A stretch of 64,000 nt of DNA, taken from the NCBI GenBank assembly GCA_026914245.1, contig CP110440.1, forward strand, positions 1,612,001 to 1,676,000, read 5' to 3'. Below, piece by piece: positions 13,701 through 26,300 of the stretch; the first letter of the stretch is position 1, and each line of letters begins with the position of its first letter. The translations under genes and the position numbers were made by a program. Origin of the DNA: Puccinia triticina (taxonomy: Eukaryota). The notes under the pieces are model-generated. The model was not told where the DNA came from and made no database searches. It was given only the letters and a program-made list of their open reading frames with translations.

Positions 13701-14419
13701 GACGCCGCGATTCGCCATCTCCTGCCAGACGCCGAGGCTCGCCATCTCCTGTTAGACGCCGAGGCTCGCCATCTCCTGTTAGACGCCGAGGCTCGCCATC
13801 TCCTGTTAGACGCCGAGGCTCGCCATCTCCTGTTAGACGCCGAGGCTCGCCGGCTCCTGTTAGACGCCGAGGCTCGCCGTTTCCTGCAAGACGCCGAGGC
13901 TCGCCGCCCCCGGTTCGACACCCTGATTCACCTTCTCCCGTCAGACGCCTCGATTTATCTTCTCCGGTCAGACGCCGCGATTCACCTTCTCCCGTCAGAC
14001 GTCGTGACTCACCCTCTCCCGTCAGACGGAGAGGCTCTCCGTCTCCCATCCGACGCCGTGGCTCCCCATCACCCGTCAGACGTCGTGGCTCCCCCTCTCC
14101 TGTTAGACGTCGAGGCTCGCCTTCTCCCGTCAGACGCCGCGGATCACCGTCCCCGGTTAGACGCCGCGGTTCTCCTTCTCCTGTCAGACGCCGCGGCTCG
14201 CCTTCTCCGGCCAGACGCCGCGGCTCTCCTGCTCCTGTCAGGCGCCGCGGCTCTCCGTCTCCTGTGAGACGCCGTGATTCACCATCTCCAGTCAGACGCC
14301 GCGGTTCACCTTCTCCAGTCAGACGTCGAGGCTCGCCATCTCCTGTCAGACGTCGTGATTCGCCGTCTCCAGCGAGACGTCGAGGCTCACCTTCACCAGT
14401 GAGACGTCGCCGAAACTAA
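10749..14419 (+). CDS. CWC22: Pre-mRNA splicing factor CWC22 (MIF4G + MA3 domains, RS-rich C-terminus). 8 exons: 10749-10798, 10876-11174, 11256-11398, 11475-12069, 12150-12305, 12378-12956, 13025-13088, 13162-14419
   Basis: Hallmark peptides GGAYIPPARLRAMQ, WDALRKSINGLINKVN, ELFGENLIRGRGLF, YLTIMSSLDFEEAAHKLLK, NRLRNIARFFGHLL, TRFSINYFTSIGLG. All seven junctions restore the frame. Confidence 0.95.
13375..14415 (+). repeat. Coding 27-bp minisatellite encoding (RRRGSPSPV)n, roughly 35-40 units
   Basis: Tandem AGACGCCGAGGCTCGCCATCTCCTGTT units in the last CWC22 exon. Confidence 0.95.
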
Positions 14420-15031
14420 AGCTGATTTATCTGGTCCACTTCTTTTTTTTTTAAAAATATTCTTTTACAGAAAACAATCCCGTTCTTGCTATCGTATCCT
14501 CTTGCTATCCTGATGCTATGTCGCCTCCACTTCTTTCTTTCTTTTTTTTTCTCTGAGTAGCTCATTTATGAGAAGTGTGGTTTCCCCGGCACCAAAACGT
14601 GTCCTTTGGTCGGGCTTGGGGATCAGGTCAAAGACAACAAACAAACAGAAAATCAATAGAGAATAGATTATTATAAATGAAATATCGGAAGGTCTTGATC
14701 ATTTAATGTGCGCACCTGTATGAAGGGTTGTCTTTTTTCTTCTTTTTATTGTGCTGTTTGCCTTCATGCAAGGAATGAAACGCCAGAGAGCACCAGAGTA
14801 CATCTCTTGCTAAATTAATATGACTCTGAGTCTCAGCAGGCTGCTAGTCCGGCCAGCCAAGCAACTGACAAACCTGCTCCAGATAGCAGGACATGGAGCC
14901 TCTGCTCAAAGGAGCACGCTTGGCTACAACAGGGTAAATGTAGCAGTGCAAACTCAGCAATCACCACAGGTTGCATTTGTTGCGAACTTAACAAAGTCCC
15001 TCGAGACTTCGGGCCCCCGGGGGGTAGGCTG

Positions 15032-16419
15032 TGTTATGACACATGATTTCATGTGTCATTTATTTCACACACTTTTATGGGGTTTGGTTTCTCACCAACC
15101 CAATCATGTACATATTTTTGGCCCATAAATAGTGATACCTATCAAATACATTTCCCCTTGGGGGAGTTTTCATCTCATTCTTGCCATATCCTGATATCTC
15201 AGCTCTTCAGGTTATGAGCCCGCACTGTCACCAGCGGTAGTGCTATCTCGCTAGTTACTCTCCCCATCGGATTATCTTTTCTCTTTCTTTACATGACTCG
15301 CCGCTATCTCGTGGTAACTGTTGATTGATCAAGCTATCTTTAATTTGCTTTCAATCCTACGGTGTCAATCTTACGGTTTGTTTTATTGCCAAGCCGCACA
15401 GATTCATGGTCCTCACACGACTTCTTGGATTATCATCGCTTTCCTCAACATCAATCCCCGCTTTGCTACGTTTGCCATCATCAGGCACCTTGTTTTTTTA
15501 TGCGTTTTGATGCTATCTTACCCGCATCAATTAGCACGATTTATTGCCACTATCCGGCGGCTCAATCTATTGTTTGCGTTTTTTGATGCTATCTACCTTG
15601 GCACCAGTACGCTTGGTTCATCCCCAACCTGTGTTTTTGAACGCTTCATCATCTGGCATCAACACACAATTCTTGGCCCCTCAGTATTTACGAAACCTCG
15701 GTTCTTCATCAAGCTGCCTTGTCAATACGGATATCCCATTGATTCTTGACCTGCATCAACTCCGGCGCTCACAGCCTTTCAATGTTGATTGTTTCCAAAC
15801 TTTTCAACTCGGACGTCTTCGAGCTTCTGCCCGCACTCGGCCAGCTCACCAAGGACACCCGGTCGCTCAATTAGCTCCGGCCACACTCATGTCTTCCCCC
15901 GCCCACCCTGACATCACTCTCCAGCCCCCACTTGCATTGGAACCACCGGCGAGGCCAGCAAATTAGGGAGATATCAAGACCAACAGCCTTCCCCTCCGGC
16001 TCTTTGTCGTTGGTTTGCTGCTGGATGACTCAACCTGTTTGCGCTGGCCCTTGCAACATTGGCTCATTGTACAGCTTTCGTCATCAAGACAACATTGGTG
16101 GTGGCCGGCTACACTTGATCAAAACACTCCACTCCTGTCTTTGGTGGTCTTCAATCAAATCCCCTACACTCTTTTCTTTTCCTTTCATTCACATTCCTTC
16201 TCTTTCCTTCTCATCTTTTCTCGGGTTGGTGAGGGAGGGAGTGTTATGACACATGATTTCATGTGTCATTTATTTCACACACTTTTATGGGGTTTGGCTT
16301 CTCACCAACCCAATCATGTACATATTTTTGGCCCATAAATAGTGATGCCTATCAAATACATTTCCCCTTGGGGGAGTTTTCATCTCATTCTTGCCATATC
16401 CTGATATCTCAGCTCTTCA
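15032..16419 (+). mobile_element. Non-autonomous miniature LTR retrotransposon (TRIM-like, copia-type priming), 1388 bp
   Basis: 178-bp TG..CA LTRs at 15032-15209 and 16242-16419 (2 mismatches seen); GGCTG 5-bp TSD; PBS GGTTATGAGCCC at 15210; PPT GAGGGAGGGAG before the 3' LTR; no gag/pol ORF. Confidence 0.92.
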
Positions 16420-16959
16420 GGCTGAACTCGCAAAGCGAGCCTCCGTCATGAGGGACTTTATTAGACCATACCTCCCCGTTCTGGTGCACGGAGAATGGAT
16501 TTTTTTATACCTCTTTTCACTTTCTTCAGTGTGCACTTTTCATAAAACAACAGCTCTGATTTTTTTTGGCTGGTTGTCAGCGCAAGATACTATTCAAGAG
16601 CCTTGTAATTTTTTATCTGTATGTACTGCCACATACAGCCAGTCCAAGATCGCTTGCAACTTTGGCTGTGAAATTCAGAAAATTACCGCGCACACACAAA
16701 CTTTCCGCGCCGCTGCAAACATCCGTGCACAGGGGCCGTGCACATGTCACTGCCCCACATGTCACCAGTCCATGTACTACGTCACTGGGGGTGTGGTGCG
16801 TATCACCAAACCCAACCCAGACACCCTCGCAGATTGGCATCATTGGCCATCCACATTTGAATCCTCCATTGTAAGTTCCTCTCTTTATTCCTTTCCAAAA
16901 ATGAAGGAAATCAAGCTAACAAACTAACTCTCCATTCCTAACTTTAATCTAGGTGAAAC

Positions 16960-18983
16960 ATGGGTTCCAATCCGGAGGACGGCTCAATATCTCCATCTGA
17001 CTATTCCGAATGGTTCCACCATCCAATCACCCCCCCTTCCAAACAACATGTCCCAGGACTCTTTGATGGCACTGCCCATCTTGTCAAAACACAAAATCGC
17101 CGCCGTGCTGCCTTTATCAGGAGTCAGCAAGCCGCTGGTGCCACAATTGATCCTTCACTTTTAGCCTCGCAACCGGAACCGCATGGACCGGGCTATGAGT
17201 TTTACTCCCAAGAACCTTCCCCAGTACTTACCCAACCAAACCAAAATCTGACCAAAGGCCGCATCAGCTTTCCAGTACACGTTGAATTCATCCTCTTTGT
17301 ACCAATCACGCCAAACCCCCCTAGTCACAACACCCGCAAACAACAAGTATCTTCTTCCACTGCCCCTCAAAGCAACAAAGTCTCGTCTGAAGAAGACAAG
17401 ATTGTGATCAAGTGGCTGACTAATAATACTGACTTGATACAGTTCAAGAATGCTGTGATCCAGGCAATTAAAACTGACAAAGACAAGGCAATTGCAAGCT
17501 TTGTCGAGGAAAAAGAGAGCGCTGGGGAAATAATCTGGAACTTCATCATCCCACATGGAGGATTATGCAGCCACTCACAAGCGACGTTTGGAATCTGCGG
17601 CAATATTTGAGGAGTTTGTTTGCATTGCCCAAATTACCCCAGATAGTTGCAAGATTGTGTGTTGCTTGGTGCAAAAGAATCCAAAAGATTCTACCCAGGT
17701 AAATTTTATTTGATTAAGTACTTGGTGGTGGGTTGATACTGACACGCTTTTGTTTACATTCCAGAGGGAAACTGTTTACAAGCACCTCAAGCAAACTCAA
17801 GCCAGTACCTGTGGCACTAGTTTGGTGAACACCCCTGCTCCAATTGAGGGGCCTTCTCAAGGTGCGCAAGAGGCCGCTTCTCTCAGTGATTTGGTCACAC
17901 AGCTCCACATCCTACGTGAACCCGACTCGCGATACACTGGAAGTCACAAAATGCATGTATTTGTCAATCCTGAGGATCCAAACAAGTTCTTCCCCTTGAC
18001 AATGCCCCAAGCAAATACATGGGCAAGAGCAATTGTGAGCCTACCTCTTTTGCCTGATCTATCATTTGCTAATAAATCCTTACTCTAAATTCAACCCCAG
18101 CGACAAAACCCAAGCAAAGTGACGCTCTTGGACCCACCAAAATCTGATCTTTTCCGCTTCAAGAGAAAGGACCCTTCCGTCAAGCAACCCCCTGCAGCTC
18201 CGGCAGCCAACGGGGCACCACATCCTGTAGCTTCTGCAGTCAACTCAGCACAACCTCCAGCAGCTCCAGTGGTTGAGCAACCTCCTGCGGTTCCAGTCGC
18301 ACCAGGTGCAACAATTTTTGATTTGACTCTGACTGCTTGGCCATCTATGCGCAATACCAATCCGTTTGCGCTTGCCATGTTGGGTATGTAACATCATCAG
18401 ATGATGATGAATACCAACCCCATGATGTTCAGTCCTATGGCCTTCGCCCCACCCAACCTGATGAACACCCTGTACCCGTTGAACCCTACTATGAACACTA
18501 ATCCAATGAACATGCCGCAACCAATGAACGCCTTGCACCCGTTGAGCCCTACTATGAACACTAATCCAATGAACATGCCGCAACCAATGCACCCCGAACC
18601 CGTTGAAACCTACAGCAAACGCTAACCTGATGGCCTTCTCCCCACCAAACCTGATGAACGTGCCGCACCCAATGAATGCTAATCAACCCAGAACCCCAGA
18701 ACAACAGGGGACTTCAGTTCCATTGCCAAACACGCCTTCTGACAATACTAGCACACTTGAAGGCTTCCTCCACTATGTCCATGTAGATTCCAACTCCAAG
18801 CCAATCATTGAGGGCCTGAACTAACTGGGCATTGCACACTGGTCAATATTCAGATGCTACAAGGTCCACAAACTCATTGCGGCAGGTTTCCCAGATGGCC
18901 CTTCCCAAGCACTCATCAAGGCTGCAAAGCATTACGGCAATCACTTAAGAATGCAACAAATTAGATTAGAATCTCAGAAGTAA
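16960..18983 (+). pseudogene. Decayed multi-exon P/M/N-rich hypothetical gene, probably transposon-associated
   Basis: Consecutive ORF pieces 16960-17610, 17750-18088, 18119-18391, 18401-18625 and 18603-18824 with GT..AG gaps, in-frame TAA stops and frameshifts. Convergent with the DDE transposase relic. Confidence 0.5.
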
Positions 18984-18989
18984 GATGTA

Positions 18990-19230
18990 GTACTCTCAAA
19001 TGTACTTGTCTCTTGTCCTCGTTTCTTGTCTCTATTCAAAAGTACTCTCAAATGTACTCGTCTCTTGTCCTTGTTTCCTGTCTCTATTCAAAAGTGCTTG
19101 TCTCTATTTGAATGTACTTGTTTCTATTTGAATGAACTCGTCTCTATTTGAATGTACTGGTCTCTATTGAATGTACTTGTCTCTCTTTATTGAAACAAGC
19201 TCCTGGTCTCTATCAAATGCACTCGTCTCT
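18990..19230. repeat. Degenerate ~20-bp tandem repeat (AATGTACTTGTCTCTATTTG)
   Basis: About ten imperfect copies between the two convergent pseudogenes. Confidence 0.75.
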
Positions 19231-19503
19231 CTTTATTGCAACAAGCTTTTTTCCCGAGTAAATTTGGCACTCATCAATCAATTGCAGTGTCTTCTTTGGC
19301 TCAAATGATTGCAATAAAAATCTATTTCTTTGTCTCAATTGTTCGCAACAAAAATAGAAAGGAAAAAGAGAAAAACAATTGTGAACAAAAAGAAAGAACA
19401 AAGAGAAAAACATTCTAGTTTTTGCAAGGTGGTTGTGACACGGAATGAAGTTTGCGAGGTGGTTGTGACATGGAATGAAGATGAAAAAAATGATAATTCC
19501 TTT

Positions 19504-20050
19504 TTAATCAATGTATCCTGAGCCTTGGAAGAGGCTTCACATAAGTTGAGGAGTAAACACCAGGAAAAAACAATGATCACTTGTCTGCAGGTGACACAGC
19601 AAAGTACAAAGGGGCCTTTTTACTATTTCATGTCACTTGTAGGCAAGTGATCATTGTTTTTTCCTGGTGAAAGATCAACCTGGTGAATGATTTGATTTCC
19701 TCTCCATCACTTGGACCACCATCCAATTTAGCATATTTACGCAGAGAGGCCTTCAGAACACTGAAAGCCTTTTCAATTGGGTTGAAGTCGGGGGAATAAG
19801 GAGGCAAATAGATTAAGAGGCAGCTGTGATCCTCAACAATCTCTTCAATGCAACCATTGTGGTGGATTTGGGCGTTATCCATCACCAAGACGCTTCAGGG
19901 TCCTGGGAAAGGGTTCATGTTGGGCATCTGTGGACAGAAAAAAGTCAGCGTAAGCAACAAGCAAGATGAACTGTAGAGAAACTTACCAAAACATGCTCCA
20001 AATAATGTTCAAAGTCAACTCGCTTGACATTTTCCGTCTGGAACATCACC
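19504..20050 (-). pseudogene. 3' part of a Tc1/IS630 DDE_3-type transposase
   Basis: FEHYLEHVL|intron|[22 protein letters not shown]...[17 protein letters not shown]. Internal TGA stops; 5' part cut off at 20051. Confidence 0.8.
19558..19669. mobile_element. 112-bp hairpin MITE inserted in the transposase 3' end
   Basis: 26-bp perfect TIR CACCAGGAAAAAACAATGATCACTTG / CAAGTGATCATTGTTTTTTCCTGGTG; AAA TSD. Confidence 0.85.
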
Positions 20051-22540
20051 TGTCAGCTGGCTACTATGGCAGAGCCACCGTGACATAAAAATATACAAAT
20101 AAAATATAAAAAGTAGTTTTACATATGAAAGAGACATTATTACTCTTACATATGTAAAACTACACAAAAACATTAAAAACATATATAAATAATTAATTAC
20201 TTAGATTTGTGTAATTAATAAGTAAAATATTATAGAAGATTCTGATTCTACGGGTAAAATAACCTAGGGTACCTCACTTACATGTGCCCTTAATTATTTG
20301 GTCAGCCTAAATGCACTCCAAAAAAATCCCAAAAGCACTCCAAAAGTGAGTGTATGGAGTGTGCACTCCAATGATTGTTGGAGTACAGACTAGAGTACTC
20401 CAAGTCAATTGGAGTCCAGAACCGGGGACTCGAGACTCTTTGGAGTGCAGCACAAAGAACTCCAGTGGCCAGGAAATTTACCAGAGCTGGAGTGCCTACA
20501 ACTTCAACCAGGCTATGTACAAACACACCCCACTCGATCCTCCTGATATCCATGACCGGTACAGACCGGCATTGAGCGGATTAACATCTCCCCTCAATGA
20601 CCGGTCTGTACCGGACCGCCGGTCATTGAGGGAAATCACACCTCTTGATGACCGGTCTGTGCCGGTCATTGAGGGTAACAACACCTCTCGATGACCGGTG
20701 ATGACCGGTCAGACCGGTCATCAAGGGGAATAACACCTCCTCTGGATGACCGGTGTGTACCAGTCATTGAGGGGAGGTGCTACTCTCGATGACCGGTCGG
20801 TCTGACCGGTCATCGAGAGGAGGTGCTACTTCTCTTGGTGACCGGCACAGACCGGTCATCGAGGGGACTCACACCTCTCAATGACCGGTGATGACCGGTC
20901 ATCGAGAGGACTCACACCTCCCAATGACCGGCACAGAGGGGTCATCGAGAGGACTCACACCTCTCAATGACCGGTCAGACCGGTCATCAAGGGTAATAAC
21001 ACTTGATGACCGGTGATGACCGGTCATTGAGGTGAGTCACATCTCTCAATGACCGGTCTGTGCCGGTCATCAAGGGGAGTAACATCTCCTCTCGGTGACC
21101 GGTCAGACCAACCGGTCATCAAGAGTAGCACCTCCCCTTGATGACTGGTACACACCGGTCATCAAGAGGTGTTATTACCCTCAATGACCGGTCTGACCGG
21201 TCATTGAGAAATGTGACTCACCTCGATGACCGGTGATGACCGGTCATTGAGAGGTGGGAGTCCCCTCAATGACCGGTCTTTACCGGTCATCGAGAGGAGT
21301 ACCTCCCCTCGATGACTGGTATAAAAGAAATCAAGCAACTGAAAGTTTATTGCTTGTTAGATAACTATTTACATTTATTGAGATCTTGTTATAAGTTAGA
21401 GGGAGTAGAGAATAGCGGCGCAAGCATGTACCTGAAAGCAGGACAGGTTGCGTCCGGGGTCTGAGTCTGGTGGACGAGAAAGGAAAAGTGCGTTAAGCGC
21501 TGGCTTCACGGGTCGGTGTTTTATACGCTTTAGAAGAGTCCTGTGCGTCAATCATTCGCATGGCGAAGAGTCAGCTCCAGTTTCTTCCTAGGCGTGTCTT
21601 TGCTGTTCCTCTCTTATGTCTGTTTCTCTACTCACGGGTCTAGGCCGAGTTATTTTAATAACTTTGTCTTGTTCTGTCTAAACACTTCCGAAGCGTCTGG
21701 TTCTGGTAGTTTATGCAAATAAGGTTTATGTCTTAGTTTATTGTCTTTTCTTTTCTTTGTTATTGGTTTGGTCTGGGCTCTTACTTACGGGTAGCTTTAG
21801 CTTCCAATAGTCTGGCTAGTAAGCCTGGCTGGTGTCTGGGTCCAAGTCGATCCTCAAGAGTTCTATGGAAGAATGCGTTCAAGTTAGCCTTAAGGTTTAA
21901 GTCTACTTGCCGCTTGCTCTCGGGACATACAAGGTTCTCTTGGGCTGTTCTTGGTTCTGGGCTTTGACCAATAAGGTTCTCACCTGGTGCGCTTCTGTAA
22001 TCGTCAAACAATACTCTAGTGTTAGCTCCCGTGGTTAGGGCTGGGGTCTGGGGTCTGGACTGCGAAAGGGCTTACCTTTCTTTGCAGCTGGGCTTGGGCT
22101 TGCGCCTTGTGCTATCCGCGCGAGCTTCCTTAATGGTTGCTGCGGGTGCGGGTCTGGGTCCGTATTCCTACATCTTTCAACATCTTTTTCTGTCTGAATG
22201 CTCGGCTATATACTCCAATATATATATTCCAGAAACTACGCGCTTCTAAAACATAGTTCCAACTCTTCTCACCTCTGCTGAAGCACTGCTCACACCATTG
22301 ATACCAGTTTTCATATGTACGTAAATCTGTCAAAAAAAGGTCTTTGTTCTCTAAATCTGAATCCTGCATGTCATGAGCGTACTTTAAACTGAGCCTCTAG
22401 TCGTGATGAGAGAGTGAAGTGAGGGACAACAATCGGGATGCCCTTGGAGGGTTGTTCCAAAACAGGCTGTAGGCACCCAGGCCCCAGCCAAAGGATCCAA
22501 GTGCTGCTTATAAGTCTGTCTACAATTACTCAAATGACAT
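20051..22540. mobile_element. Unclassified insertion starting with an LTR-like TGTCAGC terminus; right boundary not resolved
   Basis: Truncates the DDE transposase exactly at TGTCAGC...TGACA; AT-rich block, foldback array and short minus-strand ORF relics. No matching TSD found. Confidence 0.35.
20550..21322. repeat. Foldback array built from GATGACCGGT(CATC) palindromic units
   Basis: Dozens of TGACCGGT motifs; about 20746-20863 is the reverse complement of about 21045-21163. Confidence 0.85.
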
Positions 22541-23345
22541 CATGTTTTATGCTGAAAATATGACTGGTTGTAATGTATTGAAGGCGCTGTCTTTCCACGT
22601 GTTAAAACTCGTGCGCATTTGCGCGCATCTCTGGCGCAACCCGTCTGCTGTATCCATCTTCTTGCGCAGCAACAATCATCGGTCTATCATCAATCCAGAC
22701 CTAAGTATGTATACTTTTGCTCAGATCTCCGCCGTGTAATCCTCAGCATCAATCAATCTCCATCGGACAGAACCTTAATCCTTTCAACTTGATTCGATCG
22801 ACTCTCAAGATCTCAAGATCAAGACTCCTTAACTTTGTCGGCAATTCACCGCCAACCATTTCTTTCCTGCGCTTACAAACAAGCGCCGGCGAAGCCTTAA
22901 CATGGACAGCCTATTTGGCTTCCAACTTGGTGAGAAATGCATCCTCACATTTCCGGATCTATTTGATAGCACTCAGTCACTGATACTAATCCTTCCCTTC
23001 TTTCAGTTTCAGTCTTAGATCTTTGTCAATTCCTTATTCCATTATTTATTCCCATCTGTTATCTGCTGTCATAGGGTTTGTTTCTTTCACTCATCTCCAT
23101 TATTCATGATCATTGACTAATCCCCTTACTCTCTTCAGTATCATCCTATCACTCTCAATTCTCCACCTATATTGTTGTCCACTACACTATCAGAGTTTTT
23201 TTATCCAGGGTTGGTTTCCTTTCTTCTTCACATTTGGTTCACAATGTCATCTCATGTTCTTTGTTTTAGTTCTGGTATTGGTTTTTGAGTAATTCAGTCT
23301 TAGTTTTAATACAAATAACAGTCAAAAAACCAAAGACAACCTTTT

Positions 23346-26300
23346 ATGTCAAACGACAAGACCAAAGAAACTCCTCAACAAACCTCTAGCAAACCAACAA
23401 ACCAGAATCCTGTGATGGCCACCGTTACAAACCGTATGGACAAGATTCACCCCTCTGTCCTCAAAACCATTATCAAAGGAATCCCTCTATTAACAATGGA
23501 CAACTACACTCATTGGAGAATCAGAGTCATTAACTTTCTCAACATTGTGAAGCTGAAAGATGCACTTACCACCACCAAGGATAAGCTTACTCAAGACAAA
23601 AATGACTTCTTGAAGGCCATAATTGTTGCTAAGCTCAAATCTACCGTTCAAGCTAATTTGGTGGACTCCGTGAACAAAACCAACCCCAAGAAAACCTGGA
23701 CTTCCATTGTCAAGTTTTTTGCATCCACTCAAGACTCCAATAAGGCCAGAGTCTTTCAATCCTTCCTGCATGCTACGTACACTCCTGACGACATAGCTGG
23801 CTTCATAACCTCAATGGAAATGTTTCAATCTCAATTAGTTGAAGTCGGATGGAGCTTCACAGATGACATCATTGGTCACATGATATTACACAAGCTTCCC
23901 TCTGACATGAACGACATCATCAACCAAATCACCCATTCCAACAAGGAACCAACCATTGATATTGTTATTGATCATCCTTGAGTCCACAAACACAACATTG
24001 AAGTTCGCAAACACAGGAACAGAACCAAATCCAGTCCAATAACTTTGTTCACTGATGAATCAAAAAGCTGTCAAAAGAACTTTCACAATACGGCCACCAA
24101 TCACACCAGAGAAAACTGCTGGTATCTGTACCCAAATAAGCAGACCAAATATCTTGAGAAAAAGAAGGCTGCGGCAAACTCAAAATCTGAATTGTTGATC
24201 AGTAGCTTTCACTCCTCATTCTCAATGTCACCGCATCTGTTCATTCTAGACTCAGGATCATCTGCTCACATGATTCCAAACTCTCAATTTTTTCACACCT
24301 TGGAACTCAAAGAATTAGGATGCGTTCAAACTAGTTCAACCAATTACAAATCAAAGGAATTGGTTCTATTTTTCTGAAAAACAAGCACGGCAAAATATTT
24401 CTCAATCAAGTTCTCTATATTCCTGATATCGTTGTGAACCTCTTGTCTGTATGGTGTCTCATTCTTGATGACTATGTTGTCCACTTCAATAAAAGCTCAT
24501 TTCAAATTCTAAAAAACAATGAAGTAAAAATGAACGGAAATTATATTGGGAATCTTCCCAGCATATACTTTGCGAACATTGAACACAAGAGCCTTCTTTC
24601 ATCATCCAAACTTCTTCATAAATCCCTTGGTCACGTGAGCTATCACCAAATAAGAAAGAAGCTCAGTATTCCTCTGAAAATCACAAACAGTTGTGAATCA
24701 TGTGCAGTGTCCAAAATCACAAAGGCTTCCTTTAAGTCAGTGCACAAACCAGCATCTCAACCGTTTGAAGAAGTACATTTGGATCTTATTGGTCCAATTT
24801 GGCCAAAATCTCATCAAGGACACAGATACATCCTGACTCTAGTCAACAGTTTTACTCGTTTCTGTGCCGCAATTCCATTGAAACTCAAAAGTGACACCAC
24901 AGACACTCTGTCATTTCTACTAGACATTGAAGCAAAGAGATTCAGCTATCATCCTTTCCATTCAGATTGCAGATCCGAGTTTATAAACACAAGCATGAGC
25001 AAGTACTGCAAGAAGCACTTAAGCAAACAACAAACTTCAGATGCCTATACGCCTCAACAAAATGGATTGGTGGAACGTTTCAACAGAACAATTTTAGAAT
25101 CTTTAAGATCAATCCTCAAAGAATTGGCTCTCTCCCGTAAATATTGGAATGAGATTGTCCTTGTTGGCTCACTCACTTTAAATCAGATTCCGGCACATCA
25201 ATCCAAAAAGTCTCCCTTCAAACTTTTCAAAAACAAATCACTTCCCTTAAGCTATTTTTGACCTCTTGGAGATCAAGTATCATTCCTCATTCTCCCTGAA
25301 CAACATCACTCAAAGCTGAAACCTAAGGGCAAATTGGGAAGACTCATTGGCTATGTCAAAGAACTTAGATTGTATCAAATTTTATCTGACAACGGAAAAA
25401 TAATTGAAGCCAAAAATGTTCAATTTCTTGACTACATGCCTCTGGACTCAAAATCCTCTGAGTGGGATATAGACATTGATTTGAACAGCAAAAGTGAAGA
25501 AATGTCTGCTCCTGATGAAGACTTGCCTGGTGAAGATCAATGTTCCCATAGCAAGAGCAATGAAGAAGTGGCCGCAACTCTGAATCCATCCATGATTATA
25601 AGAAGGAATCTTTGTGACCGCACCTCCGAAATCAAGCCGACAAAATATATGTATCTTTCTACTGACCAACATCCTTCAAGGATGCCATGAACTCAAAAGA
25701 GAAGGATAAATGCTCAGAAGCAGCAGATCAAGAGCTCTTCAACGTTGAACACCACAAAGTGTGGGATGACATGTACAACACACCAAATTCTTTTCTATGT
25801 ACACTATGGATCTTCAAGACTAAACCTGCAACACTCTCTGCAAACAAGCAGAAAAAGGTGCATCTTTGTATTCAAGGTTTTCTTCAAAAAGAAGGAGAAG
25901 ACTATGGCAATACCTTTGCTCCAACCGGCAAATTTACCACCCTTTTGATTGTGCTCATGTTTGCCATTGACAAGCATCTCCCTATTTGTCAATTTGATGT
26001 GAAAAGTGTGTTTTTGTATGCTCCTTTGAAAGAAGAGCTGTACATTAAGACTCCGGAAGGAGCATTGAGAAAAGCACCATTCCTGAGGGCCAGGCTTAAG
26101 AAATCATTATACAGGTTGAAACAAGCTCCTGTGAACTGGTACAACACACTCACAAGCTGGTTTGAAGAAATTAATTACCATCAATCAGCCTCTGATCCCT
26201 GCTTATTCATCCATCAAGACAAGATTTCTTTCATTTTCTTTCATGTGGACGACCTCATTGTAGTCGGAAATGTGGAAGCTTTCAAAGATCTGTTCCTTCT

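Noticed and set aside
13191..14267. Long ORFs in other frames and strands (DAEARHLLL, RRLTGDGEP, RRWRASASN repeats)
   Set aside because: Shadows of the stop-free 27-bp coding repeat.
15321..15966. Hydrophobic ORFs inside the TRIM
   Set aside because: T-rich composition explains them; no gag, pol or env motif.
20550..21322. Repeat-spacer appearance suggestive of CRISPR
   Set aside because: Eukaryotic context, units in both orientations, spacers related to each other, no cas genes.
21781..22369. Minus-strand ORF fragments inside the unclassified insertion
   Set aside because: Short and broken, with no diagnostic motif to assign a product.
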